The notes: a model not told the origin generated them from the sequence alone. A DNA stretch of 64,000 nt from Eledone cirrhosa (GCA_964016885.1 OZ024740.1:198028001-198092000), one strand, 5' to 3'; positions 15,061 to 29,689 are shown, counted from the stretch's first letter. Numbers and translations are program-made.

Positions 15061-17319
15061 ATTTTATTTGGAGGTAGAGTTACTCGTTCGGACGTCACAC
15101 ATTTACATATACTTCACATGAAAATTGATAGCGTTTTCATGATTTCATAGAAGTCTCACTGAAAGAACTACAACAAAATATTGTATGTGTAGCGAGGGAG
15201 TGTATTAAATATTAGAGTAATATATGGGCGGTTCTGAAAGAAAAACACCGAGAGTCGTTTAGGTTAAGATTTACACTAAAATACTTGATTGTCTTAAGAT
15301 TTGACTCAAAAATACGCAATTTGGAAGTGAATTTCTTTAAAAGTTTAGGGAGCTCTTTTCTAAATTTTCAGATTGTATATTGTTGGGATTTTGGAAGGTT
15401 ACTTGACTATCATTTTTGTAAAGTCAATCTTGAATAATGTTATGAAATATTAAAATGTCACTAATGTCAGTCGTATTGTTCAATCCTATACCTACCTCAA
15501 ATGGAACATTAACGAGATTTCGTTCAAATTTTATCATCATAAAATAAAATGTATGACCTCGCGAGTAGAATAATATTAATTTCAGTAGTAATGGGTGATT
15601 GTTTGTGTAATTGTGGACATCAATGAAAATTCTTTGGAACTAGAAGGTAGTCTTTTATTATCAAATTGAAATTTCTAAAATTTATCAAATCTTCAATATC
15701 TTTTCTCAGGCAGGCAAAGTTATTACTGGATTCCTATTATTACATACGATAATCGTGAATATAACTTACCAAGAATGCGTTTGCTAACAACACCTGTAGC
15801 TGTTAGGGTTGGTTCAAATGACTAGTTGAGGTATTGTTGGTAGATTTACTCTTGTAATACTTTAATGTAAAATACAGGTTTGTAATGGAAACGATTGTAC
15901 TCTATATTTTACATATCTCTATCTATATCTAAACCAGTTACTACTTATTTGTTCTCTAACTTGATGTAATCAAAATTCATGAAGTTTGTCTTATCTTTAT
16001 AAGCGTTGGGAATGATGATAGAAAAAAATGTATAGTAAATATATTTACCTATATTATATAAACATTTTAGTTTTGTCTGATGGTACAAAAAGTATTGTTA
16101 TTAGTGTTAGAAAACTTTAAGATTGATTTCGTATATTTCTGAAATTAAAATCAGGCCGGGTGTTTTCCAGATTTCATATGCGCTAAGTAACTAGGGCACA
16201 ATACTTCTACTTGGTCGGTTACCTGTTCGTTGAAGGAACCCTCCCCCCACCCCTTGCTGGTACTCAGCTTACTAACTGAGCATACTGGAGCAACGAGAAA
16301 TAAATTGTCTTTGTAAAGGGGAGTGCTCCACCCAGTTTCGGATACGAATTCACGATCGTCCGTGGACCCAGCATCCTACCGACTGGGGTGATTTACTATT
16401 TTTAAACTTGATGTTATTTAACATTTGGAAAGTATTTTCTGATGGTTGCAGAATTTTGTTGGGGGTGAAGGTCGTATCAAAACCGGAATTTTAATTCAGG
16501 TCGGAGTCGCCTTTAAATTTTCCCAATGAAATGTCTGCTAATCGCTGTTGTTAAATGTTCGATATAAGAAATTGTGGAAAGAAAACAATGTTATTTGTAG
16601 AGAGACCAGGATGTTATTTCTACAAATTTCTGCTTATATGGCTGTGTTTTTCCAAATTACTCTTTTGACAGAGCTGAGTAATAATATAATTACTGTACAG
16701 CATTGAGTATAGAACCCTTACTAGTGAAAGTAATATACGATAGCTGAACCTGGAAGGAAAATATTGAATACGACGTTGAAAACAGAATTATGTGTGAAAA
16801 GGTGAGAAAGAAGTCAAGAAATAGCTATATCATAAAGAAGTGAAAGTGGAGTTATACAGCTATTAAAAACTAAAAGCATACTCAGTTTAAACGACAGTTA
16901 TTGCTGATATCTAGATGGAAATTGTCAAGGAAGCTGATTTCCCTTTCCTAAGTGACAATTATAAAAGTTTGAAAGCACGAGATAACGTTTCATGAGTAAA
17001 TAACACTTTTCACGTTTCTTTAATTTTTATGTGATATTTTGAAGTTTTCTTCCAAACGTTATGCCATAAAGATTAATCTGTTGATGTCATCCCACCACAA
17101 TCCGGCGTTAGTTCAATGCAACATAGCCACACAACTTGCAGGATACATATTCAAATTAAAATCGTTCAACAATTGTATATTTGTAATAATTTGAAGAAAT
17201 CCTGCAAATATCTTCACTGATTAATTAAAATGGATGCTGGTTAACATCCGTTTATGTAAGTAACATATGGTGCGGTAAAGAAATATATACATATACACCA
17301 GGTCCGAACACAAAGGAAC

Positions 17320-17580
17320 TAAATTCCCACTACCACTGCCTCCGTGTCCCTTGCTCTCCCCATCTCTCACTATTGGGGGCCCACGCGCCGCGCACTCCGC
17401 GGTGCCGGTGGACAGAATATAGGAGGTGTTTCTCCGGAGCATGTTGAGAGAGACGCCCTGGAAGAGCCATTACAACTTATGAGGTTCACACTTGCGGGTA
17501 GTCAACTCTATGTCGACGGTGGCGAGTAGGGAGGTGGCCCTATGGCCAAGGGCACCAGCAGTCTCCACGGCTACGGAGTG
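17320..17580 (+). mobile_element. GC-rich repeat fragment, possibly a Tx1-type ORF1 relic
   Basis: Homologous in reverse orientation to 63240-63400; weak resemblance to the region before the ORF1 zinc knuckle. Confidence 0.4.
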
Positions 17581-18129
17581 TCAGTATAACCTTCCAACAT
17601 AACTTTATATAAGAACCGTACATAAAGTCACTATCTTAGTAAGGAAATAATTAATGTTAGCATATCCTCCAATATTCTTCAATAATTAATTAAAAAAGAC
17701 AGTAATTCATTAAAAATACAAAAATGGAATGGTTAATGAGAGTGTTACCCTCTTTGGAAAGGTTTTACTGAAAGGAATGTTATGACTTATCCAACACTCC
17801 GTGATATACAACTGATTATTTATTTTAAAAACAGTTTCTGAAAAATTCGATATTGGACATCTCTCTCAATATTCTAATGTTTACAATATGCAATACTTGT
17901 CATTTCATTTAATTACATCTGCACTCATCCGCTCACACAATTTTCCAAATCTCCTATAAATATTGTATTGGTAAAACATTACGATTCTAAAGATTCGACA
18001 GATTAATCTACAGTAAAAATGTATTCGCAAACTTTTCAGCTTCATTAAAGTTTACCTCTCTCGCCCTTCTCTCTAACCCAAACACAAACATACACACACG
18101 TATATATAAACACACAAATATATATATAT

Positions 18130-18378
18130 TGGGCTTCTACATAACCTGGACATTATTTTCTCAATTTGTAGAAAACTTATAATGAAACGATCGTTTGGAA
18201 AGAGAGATGTATTTTAATTATGTCTCATATAAAATAATACAACTGGCTATCCGCAAAATACGTATAGTTAGCACCCCAAACGTATAATTGGGATTATACG
18301 AAGGTATATCCTAATGTTTGTTGAGTGAGACGGAAGCCGGTCGGAGTATTGCTTAAAGCTTTCTCTGTAATGTATTAA
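18130..18378 (+). repeat. Dispersed repeat family (also about 20600-20678 and 21260-21552); 5'-truncated inside hammerhead stem II
   Basis: Shared ggcttctacataa...gaaacgatcgt.tggaaag...ctaatgtttgttgagtgaga. Confidence 0.85.
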
Positions 18379-19290
18379 ATATATATATATATATGATATA
18401 TTTATGATATATTTATATGTGTATGTATACATGAACAACACAAACACACATACACACACACGCACACACTGTCACTCTCTTTCTTTCTTTCTCTCTCTCT
18501 CTATATATATGTATATATTCTACAGGACTAGAACTGTCCAAGTAGTGGTATTTATATCTTTTCTTTTCTGGTGGTAGCAGAGGGTGGGGATTGGGATGGG
18601 TGGAGGTCATTGGTTGATGGATTTAAAGAAAAGGGAGTTCATTAAAAGTTAATTCTTTAAAGCTATAGTATTAACAAATGCAGGAAGAATATTTGGAATA
18701 CTAATCCTAGTTTATGACTTAGACTAGCAATGCCTGGAATAAGGGTGACAAAGGCAGAGTGGGTTCAACAGAAGTGTTGGGATGATTCCCCTTATTGTGA
18801 AGTTTCTCTTAATATATATTCCAAGTGTCGACAAGCACATTCACACACTCGCCCACTTAAACACGTACACACACATACACGCACGCATACACCGGCAGGC
18901 ACACACAATAAACATACATAATGGTACATATATATATACACACACGCTCTCATGCATACACACATTCAAACGTACGCATATACATACATATATATACACA
19001 CGTACGCACATATATATATGTACATACATACACACACACACACATATATATATATGTATATATACAAGTATACATATATATATATACACACATATATATA
19101 CATACACATATATACAGACATACACACATACACACACATATATAAACACACACACATATATATATATATATATAGTGTGAAACTAAAACCCATAATATTT
19201 GTACTGCCTCTCTGGTTTCTATTCATATAATAAACTACATATATATATATATAATATAAGATCAAAAGATGGTTAAAGGAGTTCCATGTA

Positions 19291-19357
19291 TTTTATTATG
19301 CGCATTTCAAAAACAAACATCATCATGCAATAATATTTGTGTTTTCATCAGATAAAA
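19291..19357 (-). ncRNA. Type I hammerhead ribozyme (left arm of fold-back)
   Basis: Reverse complement of 19420-19486. Confidence 0.85.
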
Positions 19358-19419
19358 TATGTTGATTTAAAACTGCACTATCCACAAGTGTTTTTTAGCC
19401 TTCATATCATGTTCTCCTG

Positions 19420-19486
19420 TTTTATCTGATGAAAACACAAATATTATTGCATGATGATGTTTGTTTTTGAAATGCGCATAATAAAA
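19420..19486 (+). ncRNA. Type I hammerhead ribozyme
   Basis: ttttat ctgatga [aaacacaaatattattgcatgatgatgtttgttttt] gaaa tgcgca ta ataaaa. Confidence 0.85.
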
Positions 19487-19612
19487 TACATGGAACTCCT
19501 TTAACCATCTTTTGATCTTATATTATGTATACTCCAGTCCTACAAACTGTAGAGTGCTTCTTATCCGATATCTGCATTGCTTTATTGTACTACAATAAAA
19601 CTCACCTCCTAC

Positions 19613-19646
<34 letters not shown>

Positions 19647-19954
19647 TTATTATATGAACAGAAAATAGAGAGGCAGTAGAAATCAATGCCGGTAAGACAG
19701 GTGTCATCCTGTAGACACCTGTCTTACAGGCATTGTTAGTCTAAGAGATAAACTAGGATTGGTAATCAAAATATGATTTTGTTTACAGTATTCTTCCTGC
19801 CTTTGTTAATACTATAGCTTTAAAGAATTAGCTTTTAATGAACTCCCTTTTCTTTAAATCCTTCAACCAATGACCTCCACCCATCCTAATCCCCACCCTC
19901 TCCTACCACCAGATAAGAAAATATATAAATACCACTACTTACTTGGACAGCCAA

Positions 19955-20001
19955 CTCCCTGATGATTTCTCACGAATGAAACAGTTCTAGTCCTGTAGAA
20001 G
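19955..20001 (+). ncRNA. Type I hammerhead ribozyme, one mismatch in stem I
   Basis: ctcc ctgatga t ttc(tcac)gaa t gaaa cag(ttctagtc)ctg ta gaag. Confidence 0.7.
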
Positions 20002-20084
20002 CTCTTCTATATTAAAACTTTTATACTCTGCTATGTTTTGAGTACCTTACTTACTGTGGTTACCTCCGATTCAACCCGGAATAA

Positions 20085-20119
<35 letters not shown>

Positions 20120-20784
20120 TTTTTTGTTTTGCAAGGTTTTTGATATGAAATCGTGTGTATCATCGGCTTTTGTTTTATGTTTATTGTTCAGTACCCACAC
20201 ACAGGCACTCACACATACACACACATATATATATATATGTGTGTGTGTCTTTGTGTGTATATGTATGTGTGTGTAAGTGTGTATGTGTATAAGTATGTTT
20301 GTGTGTACGCGTGTGTGTATTGACTTTTGTATATATCTAAATTTTTGTGTGTGGCCGTTTGTATATACACGTGGACTAAGAGGCTAATTGCGTATATATC
20401 AAAGTATTCTACAACTGTAACTAATTACCTCCCCTTACCAACATTCATTTTACACTTTTCATCTATTTTTCTTTCTCTTTTGCTTGTCCTTTAACACAAA
20501 GACTGATTTTCAAATATGGCGACTCATAGGAAGAACTAAATACAGCTCATCAATAAACTGCAAGATTAAGATGTATATATATATATATATATATAAATAT
20601 ATTTCCTAATGTTTGTTGAGTGAGATGGGAGTTGGTCGGAGTATCGCTATTAGCTTTCTCTGTTAATGTATTAAGTATTATACTCTTGGATGGCCTGACG
20701 TGAAAATTCCAGATATTTAGGTATGACTGTCTTTATTTATTTTTTATATGAAATATTGATTGATTCATCCTGTATCTCATGTCC

Positions 20785-20975
20785 ATGGTGGATTGGCAGT
20801 ATCGGTAGAGGTTCGGACGCCATGCTTTGACGCATAGAGTTACGGCCCTTGCCATTCTGAGTTCAAATCCCGCCGAGGTTAACTTTGCCTTTCATCCTTA
20901 CGGTGTCGATAAAATAAAGTACCAGTAATGTACTGGGTAATTTTCTGGCCTTGTGCCAATAGTAGAAACAATTAT
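20785..20975 (+). mobile_element. tRNA-derived SINE family A
   Basis: tggcagtatcggtagag (A-box-like), gagttcaaatccc (B box), gccgaggttaactttgcctttcatccttacgg.gtcgataaaataaagtaccagt core. Confidence 0.85.
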
Positions 20976-21266
20976 TTTGCCTGAGAAAATATTTATATGT
21001 ATACTTAAATAATACGTACATATATTTATTTTTGTTACATCCAGTTGAGTTCTCAATACGTGGTTTGAATTCCTAACAGGGTTCAATGACCTGCGTGTAT
21101 ATTATTTTATATTTTACGATAACCTCCCCTTCCTATTTGAGGACAGTGTGAGAATTTTTTTGAAGGACTGTTGGACTTTTAAACTTAGCGGTTCTTCGAG
21201 CACTGACGGTGAATATCGCTGAATATTAATATCGATGTAATTTTTTATATTGATATTACCTGGGCA

Positions 21267-21390
21267 TTCCACTGAAGAGTTATAAGGGCTCACCTGCAAA
21301 TAAATCTGTTGATTATATGCAGGCTTCTACATAAATTGGACTTATTTCTCCCACCTTGTAGAAATCTTATAACGAAACGATCGTATGGAA
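21267..21390 (+). ncRNA. Type I hammerhead ribozyme with branched stem II
   Basis: ttcca ctgaaga gttataag[cctgca..tgcagg ; ttctaca..tgtagaa]cttataac gaaa cgatcg ta tggaa. Confidence 0.85.
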
Positions 21391-21549
21391 AGTGAGATTT
21401 ATTTAATTATGTCTCATATAAAATAATACAGCCGACTTTCCGCACCTCAAACGTATAATTGGGAATATACTTAGGTATTTGCTAATGTTTGTTGAGTGAG
21501 ATGGGAGTTGGTCGGAGTATCGCTATTAGCTTCTCTGTTAATGTATTAA

Positions 21550-21611
<62 letters not shown>

Positions 21612-21614
<3 letters not shown>

Positions 21615-22425
21615 CACGTATTGCGCCTAGAAACATATAAACATCGGCGTGAAAGGAGATTAGAAATTTATTTGCTTTAACATATGCTTTTCTTCTCTGT
21701 CTATTATGACTATCTACATATACTGATTACAAGATATATTGTTCAATCATAAGCAATACTTTATTATTTATCATACTTAATCAGAAAGCCTATAATTCTG
21801 AAAGTGACTATTCACTACGCGGTAGAATTCAGGAATGGGATTTTCGTTCAAAAAAATATAAACAAGTCAAAATGATACAGTCAGTTAGTGTGATAGTAGA
21901 GAGGAGGTAAAGCGTTTCACACTATCAATTTGTGTGCTGTGATGTGGAACAATTATTCTTTGACCATTGGGTGAAGGTTTTGATGTTTACCAAATATGGA
22001 GAAGGACAGAAAGGGAGAGGGTAACAATTATGAGTAGGCTAGAGTGGGTAAGGAGGAAAGGAATTAAGAAATTGAGATTGTTTTGAATATTACTGAATTT
22101 TTGGGTGGGTGTGAAAAGTTCAAATGCCACAGGAATGTACTAAATATGATGTAGTAAAACCTAGGTGTTAGGGATCGAATCTTGTTCTAATCCAGTTTGT
22201 ATTTAGCGGGGGGCTTTAGAACCTTGTGTTTGCAATTACATACCCTATCATGGCGGGAATTTAGAAGATCCTTTCCGGTCGCTATTTCAATTACCTCCAC
22301 CAGACATATTTCACAGGGGCGTCTTTGATTCCGGTATGGACGGGCGAATTTCAGCACGGACCATTCTAGTGTGTATTCAATATTAGCGCGCTTCAGATCC
22401 CAGATCTTTTTCGCCAAAATATCAC
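21612..22425 (-). mobile_element. Penelope-like 3' fragment (GIY-YIG C-terminus plus 3' region)
   Basis: IWDLKRANIEYTLEWSVLKFARPY...CEICLVE...LLNSR...CKH; bounded by microsatellites. Confidence 0.8.
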
Positions 22426-22455
22426 ATACATATATGTGTGTATGTCTGTTCTCTC

Positions 22456-22533
<78 letters not shown>

Positions 22534-22862
22534 TGTATATGTGTACACACACAAACACACATATATGTGTGTACACACAGAAACACACACACATATATAT
22601 GTTATATATATATATATATGAAAAATGGCGTGCTGCGTGGTTGCACATGGGTTACATATGAATAAACTTAGTCCTTCATCAGTGATCTTCCAACCTTCAT
22701 TGGTATTTCTTCGCTTTCAAGATCATATACCTCTGGTTGGTGCGAGCAATAACTAAGGAAAGTTATTGGGACATGTAAAATAGGGTGAAGCGAGACATGT
22801 AAACAAATATAGATGGTAATGCAATGTGTGCTTGTAAGTGCGTGTGTGTGTGTGTTTCTATA

Positions 22863-22902
<40 letters not shown>

Positions 22903-23474
22903 CACACACACATATAGACACACACACACACGCACATACAAGCACACAGACCCTCTCTCTCACAGACACACACATAAACACACACATATATATGTATATA
23001 TGTATATATACATATATTACTGTGAAACAAAAAAATATAACAGATGTCGAACTGAAGAATTGGACGTTGCAGTACTGGTAAATATTCAATTGTTATTTTT
23101 TTGCCAGAAACAGATTAAGAATATTTTTATTTATTTAAAAATAAATGATAAAAAAATTAACACAAGATGAAATAGAACAAAAACCCATTGAATAAAAATA
23201 AAGCACATTCGCTTATACGTCAGATATTAAAACTCCTGAGCACAATTTCATATAACTAATAATAATAATAATAATAATAATAATGATAATAATATTGATA
23301 ATAATAATAATGAAATTAATAGCAACAGCAACAATCATTAATGATAATGATGTAAAAGAAAAATAATTTATTTTTATTATTTTATTAATACTAACAACAA
23401 TACTTCGGGGCTCATTGTAAGGAAGTTTTTTTCCATAAACATGAAACAGAGGGAGTAAGTGAGAGAGAGAGAGG

Positions 23475-23590
<116 letters not shown>

Positions 23591-24874
23591 AGTAAGGAGA
23601 AATGATTTAATCTGCCAAACAGACACATTATTGAGTTGTTTTATTAATTGATTTCTCGATTGATTCAACGAGTTAATGATTGATTGGTTAATTATTCGAA
23701 GAGTGCATTGATTGTCTGAGATATAAATATATTGTTACTGTGGAAATTAAATGGACCTTCATCGCTTACGACGATATGCGTTTCAGTTGCTCGTGTAATT
23801 AATGTAAAATGTTGAGCATTCTATAGGCAGGTCTACTCTTTTCATAATTTTAGGGAGATTTAGTGTGATTCAGTGTATGGCAATGCTGGTCCTTTGAATT
23901 AGAGGTACAGTCAATCAGACGGATTTAGAGATAGCTTTCGTCTACCGAATTTCACTAACAATGTTTAGGTCGAACCGATGTTATACTAAATGGCACTTAC
24001 CAAAGATGCAACGCATTGGGATAGAACCTAGGAACTTGGTATTGCGAAGAGGTAAAGTTGCTAATTATTCGGTGAGCTGCGTCCACATTTTATTGTATTT
24101 AATTGCCAAGAACCGTAATATTACAGGTATTGGCATTGCAATGAATTTAGAGAGGCCAGATATAAGGGGTGTTTTCTTGATGATACATGTAGGAGGGAAC
24201 ACACATTGATTCTTACATTAAATCAATTTATGGAATGTTTAAGTTGGGCCAAGAAAATATCACTTTAGACACTAGATACAAATGATAATGACTGGTGAGA
24301 GACATTGGAAGAATCACAGTAATATCCACAGTAACATGGAAGCAATTAAAAAAAACAAATATATATCCAGTTGTTGAGTAATATATTACTGCATTATGGC
24401 ACCTAGTTGAACACTCTAAGCTTTTACGTGAATTGGACATTCAGTATTAAAGTTGTGTATTAACAGCGATATCTGTTTGTTATTGGCTTAATATAAGTGA
24501 TCGAAGTTTCAATTCAGCATATTTTATTCGTAATCCCTCGTAACACATTTTTCGAAAGTAAGTAGCAACTTGTAGCTTTAATCAATTACAATCAGCTTCG
24601 ACTCTCTGATCGATTTGCTCGTTTGACGTAGTAGAGATCAGAATCGGAATATGTTCATTTGAAGAGAGAAGAAGATTCTGATTATAATTTGAAGTGTTCA
24701 TTGTTAGCTATATATTTTACCAATCAGGATGATTTTGTAGTGAATGTATGTTCCAAACAAACACCAAGGAATGTATACGAAAGAACGTATGATATGGCTT
24801 TAAGAAAATCACAAAACTCAATCACAGTTACTTTTTGAATAACACTTGTTACACACACACACACGCACGCACAC

Positions 24875-25012
<138 letters not shown>

Positions 25013-25018
25013 ACACAG

Positions 25019-25049
<31 letters not shown>

Positions 25050-25096
25050 TACACACACACACATACACACACACACCCTTACGCATACGCACACGC

Positions 25097-25132
<36 letters not shown>

Positions 25133-28100
25133 CACACGCATATATATGTATTTAAAAAGTACACTATACAACTGGAGTTTATATCTGGGATTTAAAAGAG
25201 AGCGGCACAGACGTCATCGTTGTGGAGTCACAAGTCAGATCAAGTTCATGAAAAATAGAAATAAACGATATGAGTTTCATTCTCTGGAATTTGCACATAC
25301 ATAAGGGCTACTTAACGAAGAGACCTAGAATTCGGGGAGAAATGCAAATTCCTAGAGAACTGCCTGCTACGGTATTGGAACCAACTAGCATATTCACCAC
25401 CACACTACATCATCTCACATCCCCCATGGTTCAAATATAAGACACCCTGCTGGATTATTTTGTCAAGAAAATATTCATATTCCTTTCAGAATTATTCCTT
25501 ACAATTTATTCGTTATTCCCCAACGTCTCACTCATTAAAGATCATATAATAATGAGGAGGGTTAATCCTCAGCCAAATGAACAATATGAATAAATCACAG
25601 TGTTCACTCATGCAATGAAGCAGTTGTTTACATTTATGGCTGCCCTGCTCTTGTAAAAGCCTGGTATATACATAACCACAATTAAGTCCACATATACTTC
25701 GAAGTGAAAACAGAGAAATGTTAAAATCATGTACTAACCAGGGTTCATAACGATCTATCTATCAAGGTGAATTATCTAGATAGGATTATCAAGAAGAGAA
25801 ACCAATATATATGTACGTTTAGAGACACCATGAAGATATTGCCAGACAGGAGATCGAGATTTAAACAACGGAAAGACAATACCAATAATAATTGTTGTTG
25901 GATCCCCATCGGTTCCGACGACGTGTCTTACAGTGGGGGAAAAGGCTGTTCATTTGAAGTACAAGTACATAATTGTATAGCTGAGGAGAGTGGCAACTTG
26001 AAATAAAGGATTTCGATGACGGACACAATGCGTTGCTGGGAATCAAACTCGTGACCTTACGATCGTGAACCGAACACCCAAATCACTAAACCCTACGTCT
26101 TGACTCCAATAGTAATAAACTATTCTATAGCATCTTCGCGCATGAGAACACCATTCTTTATACTAACTTTATCCCCTCAACACTTCGTAAAAGTTCGAGA
26201 GATCGGCTACGTATACACAATAATAACAGTGTTAATGATCAGAACCCATTTCATCTGAACATGAGTATAACAAGTATATTCAAAATTACAAAACACACGG
26301 TCTAAATAAAAGCTCTGCTAAGCTCAATCCAGATCCTAAACACGACATTTTAAATTCAATGCATAATATACGATCGGGACAATTCTAACAGAAACGAAAA
26401 AATCGCAAACTTACATATCACAACCAGCACTCAATAAAATAACATAACATTTTCGAAAATATTGAATCCTCGATACTATAAAACATTCCATACACCACAA
26501 ATATTTCACACAATTCACACTCTACACATTTGTTACGTCTTAATATAACACAAATTTTACAGCACATAATCTACACAATGATTAACCGCCATTAAAACAC
26601 TTAAAACATCCCACACGATAATTGGAATGGCGCTCCGTCGATTCTGATGATGAGTGATCAAATTATTTGATCAACGAAAAAGCCTGATCCTTGATGATCC
26701 AGTTGTTTGCTTGTCTTCGTACATTTTTATATCATCGTTGTTGTTACAACACACACCTACGTAGGTTTAACCTGCTTCCTATCAGGTTGCATATCATAGA
26801 ATGTGTCATGGGTCCTAGCTTTGCGCTGTAACTATCTTCTCAATGACAGGTGGCGGAATTTAAACTCAGAAGAAGAGCCGGAACAGATACTGATGCATTA
26901 ACAATTTCGATAAGCCACCGCCCCGAACTGGTAATTTTTCACTGGTACATTTCAACAAACCTGGACTAATATTTGATACGCATTTATATATTATAAAACT
27001 TCTTGAGAACAACTTTAATTAAAATTCAAATATGAAACCATTCAGTTATAGAATCAGAGGCGTTGTGAAGTGAATATATAATTATTACCGCGTTTTTTAT
27101 AAGCGTCGGTTGTTTGAAGAAATCGTGTCATACCAAATAATCTCTACTATATGACACAAAAGAGACTTTCTTTGTCCTTAATTGGCAATCTTCCGAGAAT
27201 TGGTCAATACTATTCATACAGAATAACAAGATAAAGGTATTAGGTTTCTAAGAGATGCTAGGGATTCTATAGATGTGATTAATTGGTCAAGTGCATCAAA
27301 TCAAAGCGGTGTACACAGGAGACGAGAAAAAGTTCAAGTAATGTGATGGAAACAAAGAGTGGACTTTACAGTAATTATAGTCTTAATGAGAACAATGGCA
27401 TTATAAAGTGCGCCAATTAAATATGTTATCAAGAAAAAGACAATGGAGATGGGAGAGAAGAATTATAGAGTTTAGAGTAGTGAAGTAAACCCACTGCTAA
27501 AAGAAGAGTGATAAAGGCGAAGAGATGAACCGGTAGAAATGACAGATTCTGATTGTGAGAAATCCTAGAGATAATAGAAGAAAGTAAGGGATTAAGAAAG
27601 TTAATAATAAAGAGTGTCTGACTCTAAAGTGTGGTTTCAATTACGACTCAGAGGAGTTTAGATTAATACAATGTGTATTTCTCCATAAGAAACGTTAATG
27701 ATATTTCTGAACAAATTACCAAGTAGCATGCTTGCAGGTATAAGATATAAAATAAATAATCTAGCAGTGTAACTATAGTAATGTAATTTAAAGAAAAGCA
27801 AAAATAATTGAACGATAGGGGAAGAAAAAGTAATCAAAGTCAATAAAGATGTCAGCGATGTTTTCTCAATTGAGTTAAGGAAAAGTATGAGAACAAGAGC
27901 TCGGAGATATAACCAAGAGAACAGGGTATAGCTTAAACTTATAATTTCGAAATAGCCACGTAATAGATGTATGACTTTACTATAAATCATTACATAAATG
28001 ATAGGCTGAATGTGAATATAACAGTGGTTGTTAGTTTTAAATATATGTTATCACCTTGCTACGCTATCATTGTTTCAGTTTCAGTACACGATCTCAGATA

Positions 28101-28172
28101 AAACTATTGTCAAATAAATACAACTCCGAAACTCAATACATACATACGGACAGACATACATACACAGACAAA

Positions 28173-28235
<63 letters not shown>

Positions 28236-28264
28236 ATGTGTATATATGTGTGTGTATACACACA

Positions 28265-28351
<87 letters not shown>

Positions 28352-28380
28352 ATGTGTATATATGTGTGTGTATACACACA

Positions 28381-28419
<39 letters not shown>

Positions 28420-28546
28420 CACACACACACACATACACACAAGCACATATATATATATGTATATATAAATATATATATATATAATATATATATATATATT
28501 TCGTTTTTGAATTTGTTTTACGAGATTTCTTATCTAAAAACGTGCG

Positions 28547-28790
28547 TGGGAGGGTCATGCTGCCAATAAAAACATACGCACCTGTTGGTTTTCTATTCAA
28601 TCTTTAATAATGGAGTACAACAGAACAAAGGAGAAACACAAAATAAAAACTTAGTCACCGAGGAGGTCACAGAATATGTGACGAAAGAGCTTTGACTATG
28701 TATAAACAACCTTCCGGTTATCGTACCAACAAACCAACTGCAAACCAAGTGAAAACAACGTGTGTTTTTATTGGCAGCATGACCCTCCCA
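28547..28790. mobile_element. MITE-like element with about 32-bp terminal inverted repeats
   Basis: tgggagggtcatgctgccaataaaaacatacg ... cgtgtgtttttattggcagcatgaccctccca; no clear TSD. Confidence 0.6.
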
Positions 28791-28799
28791 AATTATAAT

Positions 28800-29069
28800 A
28801 ATAATTGTTTCCACGTTTGGCACAAGGCCAGCAATTATCTCAGTACATTACTGGTACTTTATTTTATCGACCTCGTAAGGATGAAAGGCAAAGTTAACCT
28901 CGGCGGGATTTGAACTCAGATCATAAAGGGACGTAACTATGTTGGAAAGCATGGTGTCCGACCCTCTACCGATACTGCCAATCCACCGCCTTAGTATAAT
29001 ACCCAAAGTATAATAATTGTTTCTACTTTAGGCACAAGGCCAGCAATTACTCAGTGCATTACTGGTACT

Positions 29070-29070
<1 letters not shown>
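28800..29070 (-). mobile_element. SINE family A (one full copy, one 3' fragment)
   Basis: Reverse complement of the same core. Confidence 0.85.
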
Positions 29071-29117
<47 letters not shown>

Positions 29118-29225
29118 TATATATTATAGAACTGTTTCATTCGAAGGAAGTCCTCCGAATGAAACAGTTCTATAATATATATATCTACTTCTTTAGAAGC
29201 CATTTCTTTATTAAAGTTATATATA

Positions 29226-29689
29226 CTAGCAGAAAAACCACCCCGCGGGTGGTTTTATGCTGGCATGTGTAGTGTATATATTGATATTATACACAAGTAT
29301 ATATGCATGTAGATATGATACATCAAATAAAATCGTACTTGACAATATACACAGAAATTGAACGAAGTCTATGTTACACTGTCTTATGTAATCAGTAACG
29401 TAATCCATGATACATTTAAAAAAAGGCGACATTATATAAAAACTGCATTAGGAGAAAATTAGCGACGGAAATATATGCGATATTTAACAGCCGCTAACCG
29501 GGAGTGTTGACATTTGAACATTTTAAAGAAGTGAACCTTTAAATAAGCTATAAAATATATTTAATCAACAGCCACAAAATTTAGCACATAAATTATGTAA
29601 CATTCATTCATTATTTATTCAAAGTAATCCAACTTATTTTACAAACGGGGTAAAAAAATATATTCTGGACGCAGTCCCGCACTCCTTAC

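Larger units (their letters stand above)
18519..20090. repeat. Nested inverted repeats
   Basis: Arm pairs 18519-18736/19727-20000, 19203-19240/19641-19678 and 19253-19357/19420-19525. Confidence 0.9.

Noticed and set aside
20785-20975. tRNA genes suggested by A/B boxes
   Set aside because: No cloverleaf; these are SINE heads.
21674-21790. Possible minus-strand hammerhead (gcttt ctgatta ... gaaaag catatg tt aaagc) after a GIY-YIG fragment
   Set aside because: Two core defects and no clear stem II; position plausible but support too weak.
22670-22690. Minus-strand ctgatga aggactaagttt
   Set aside because: No GAAA or stem III follows.
26640-26690. ctgatga-hairpin-gaaa hammerhead look-alike
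   Set aside because: No stem III/UH or stem I; matches a decayed SINE segment also seen near 52380-52440.
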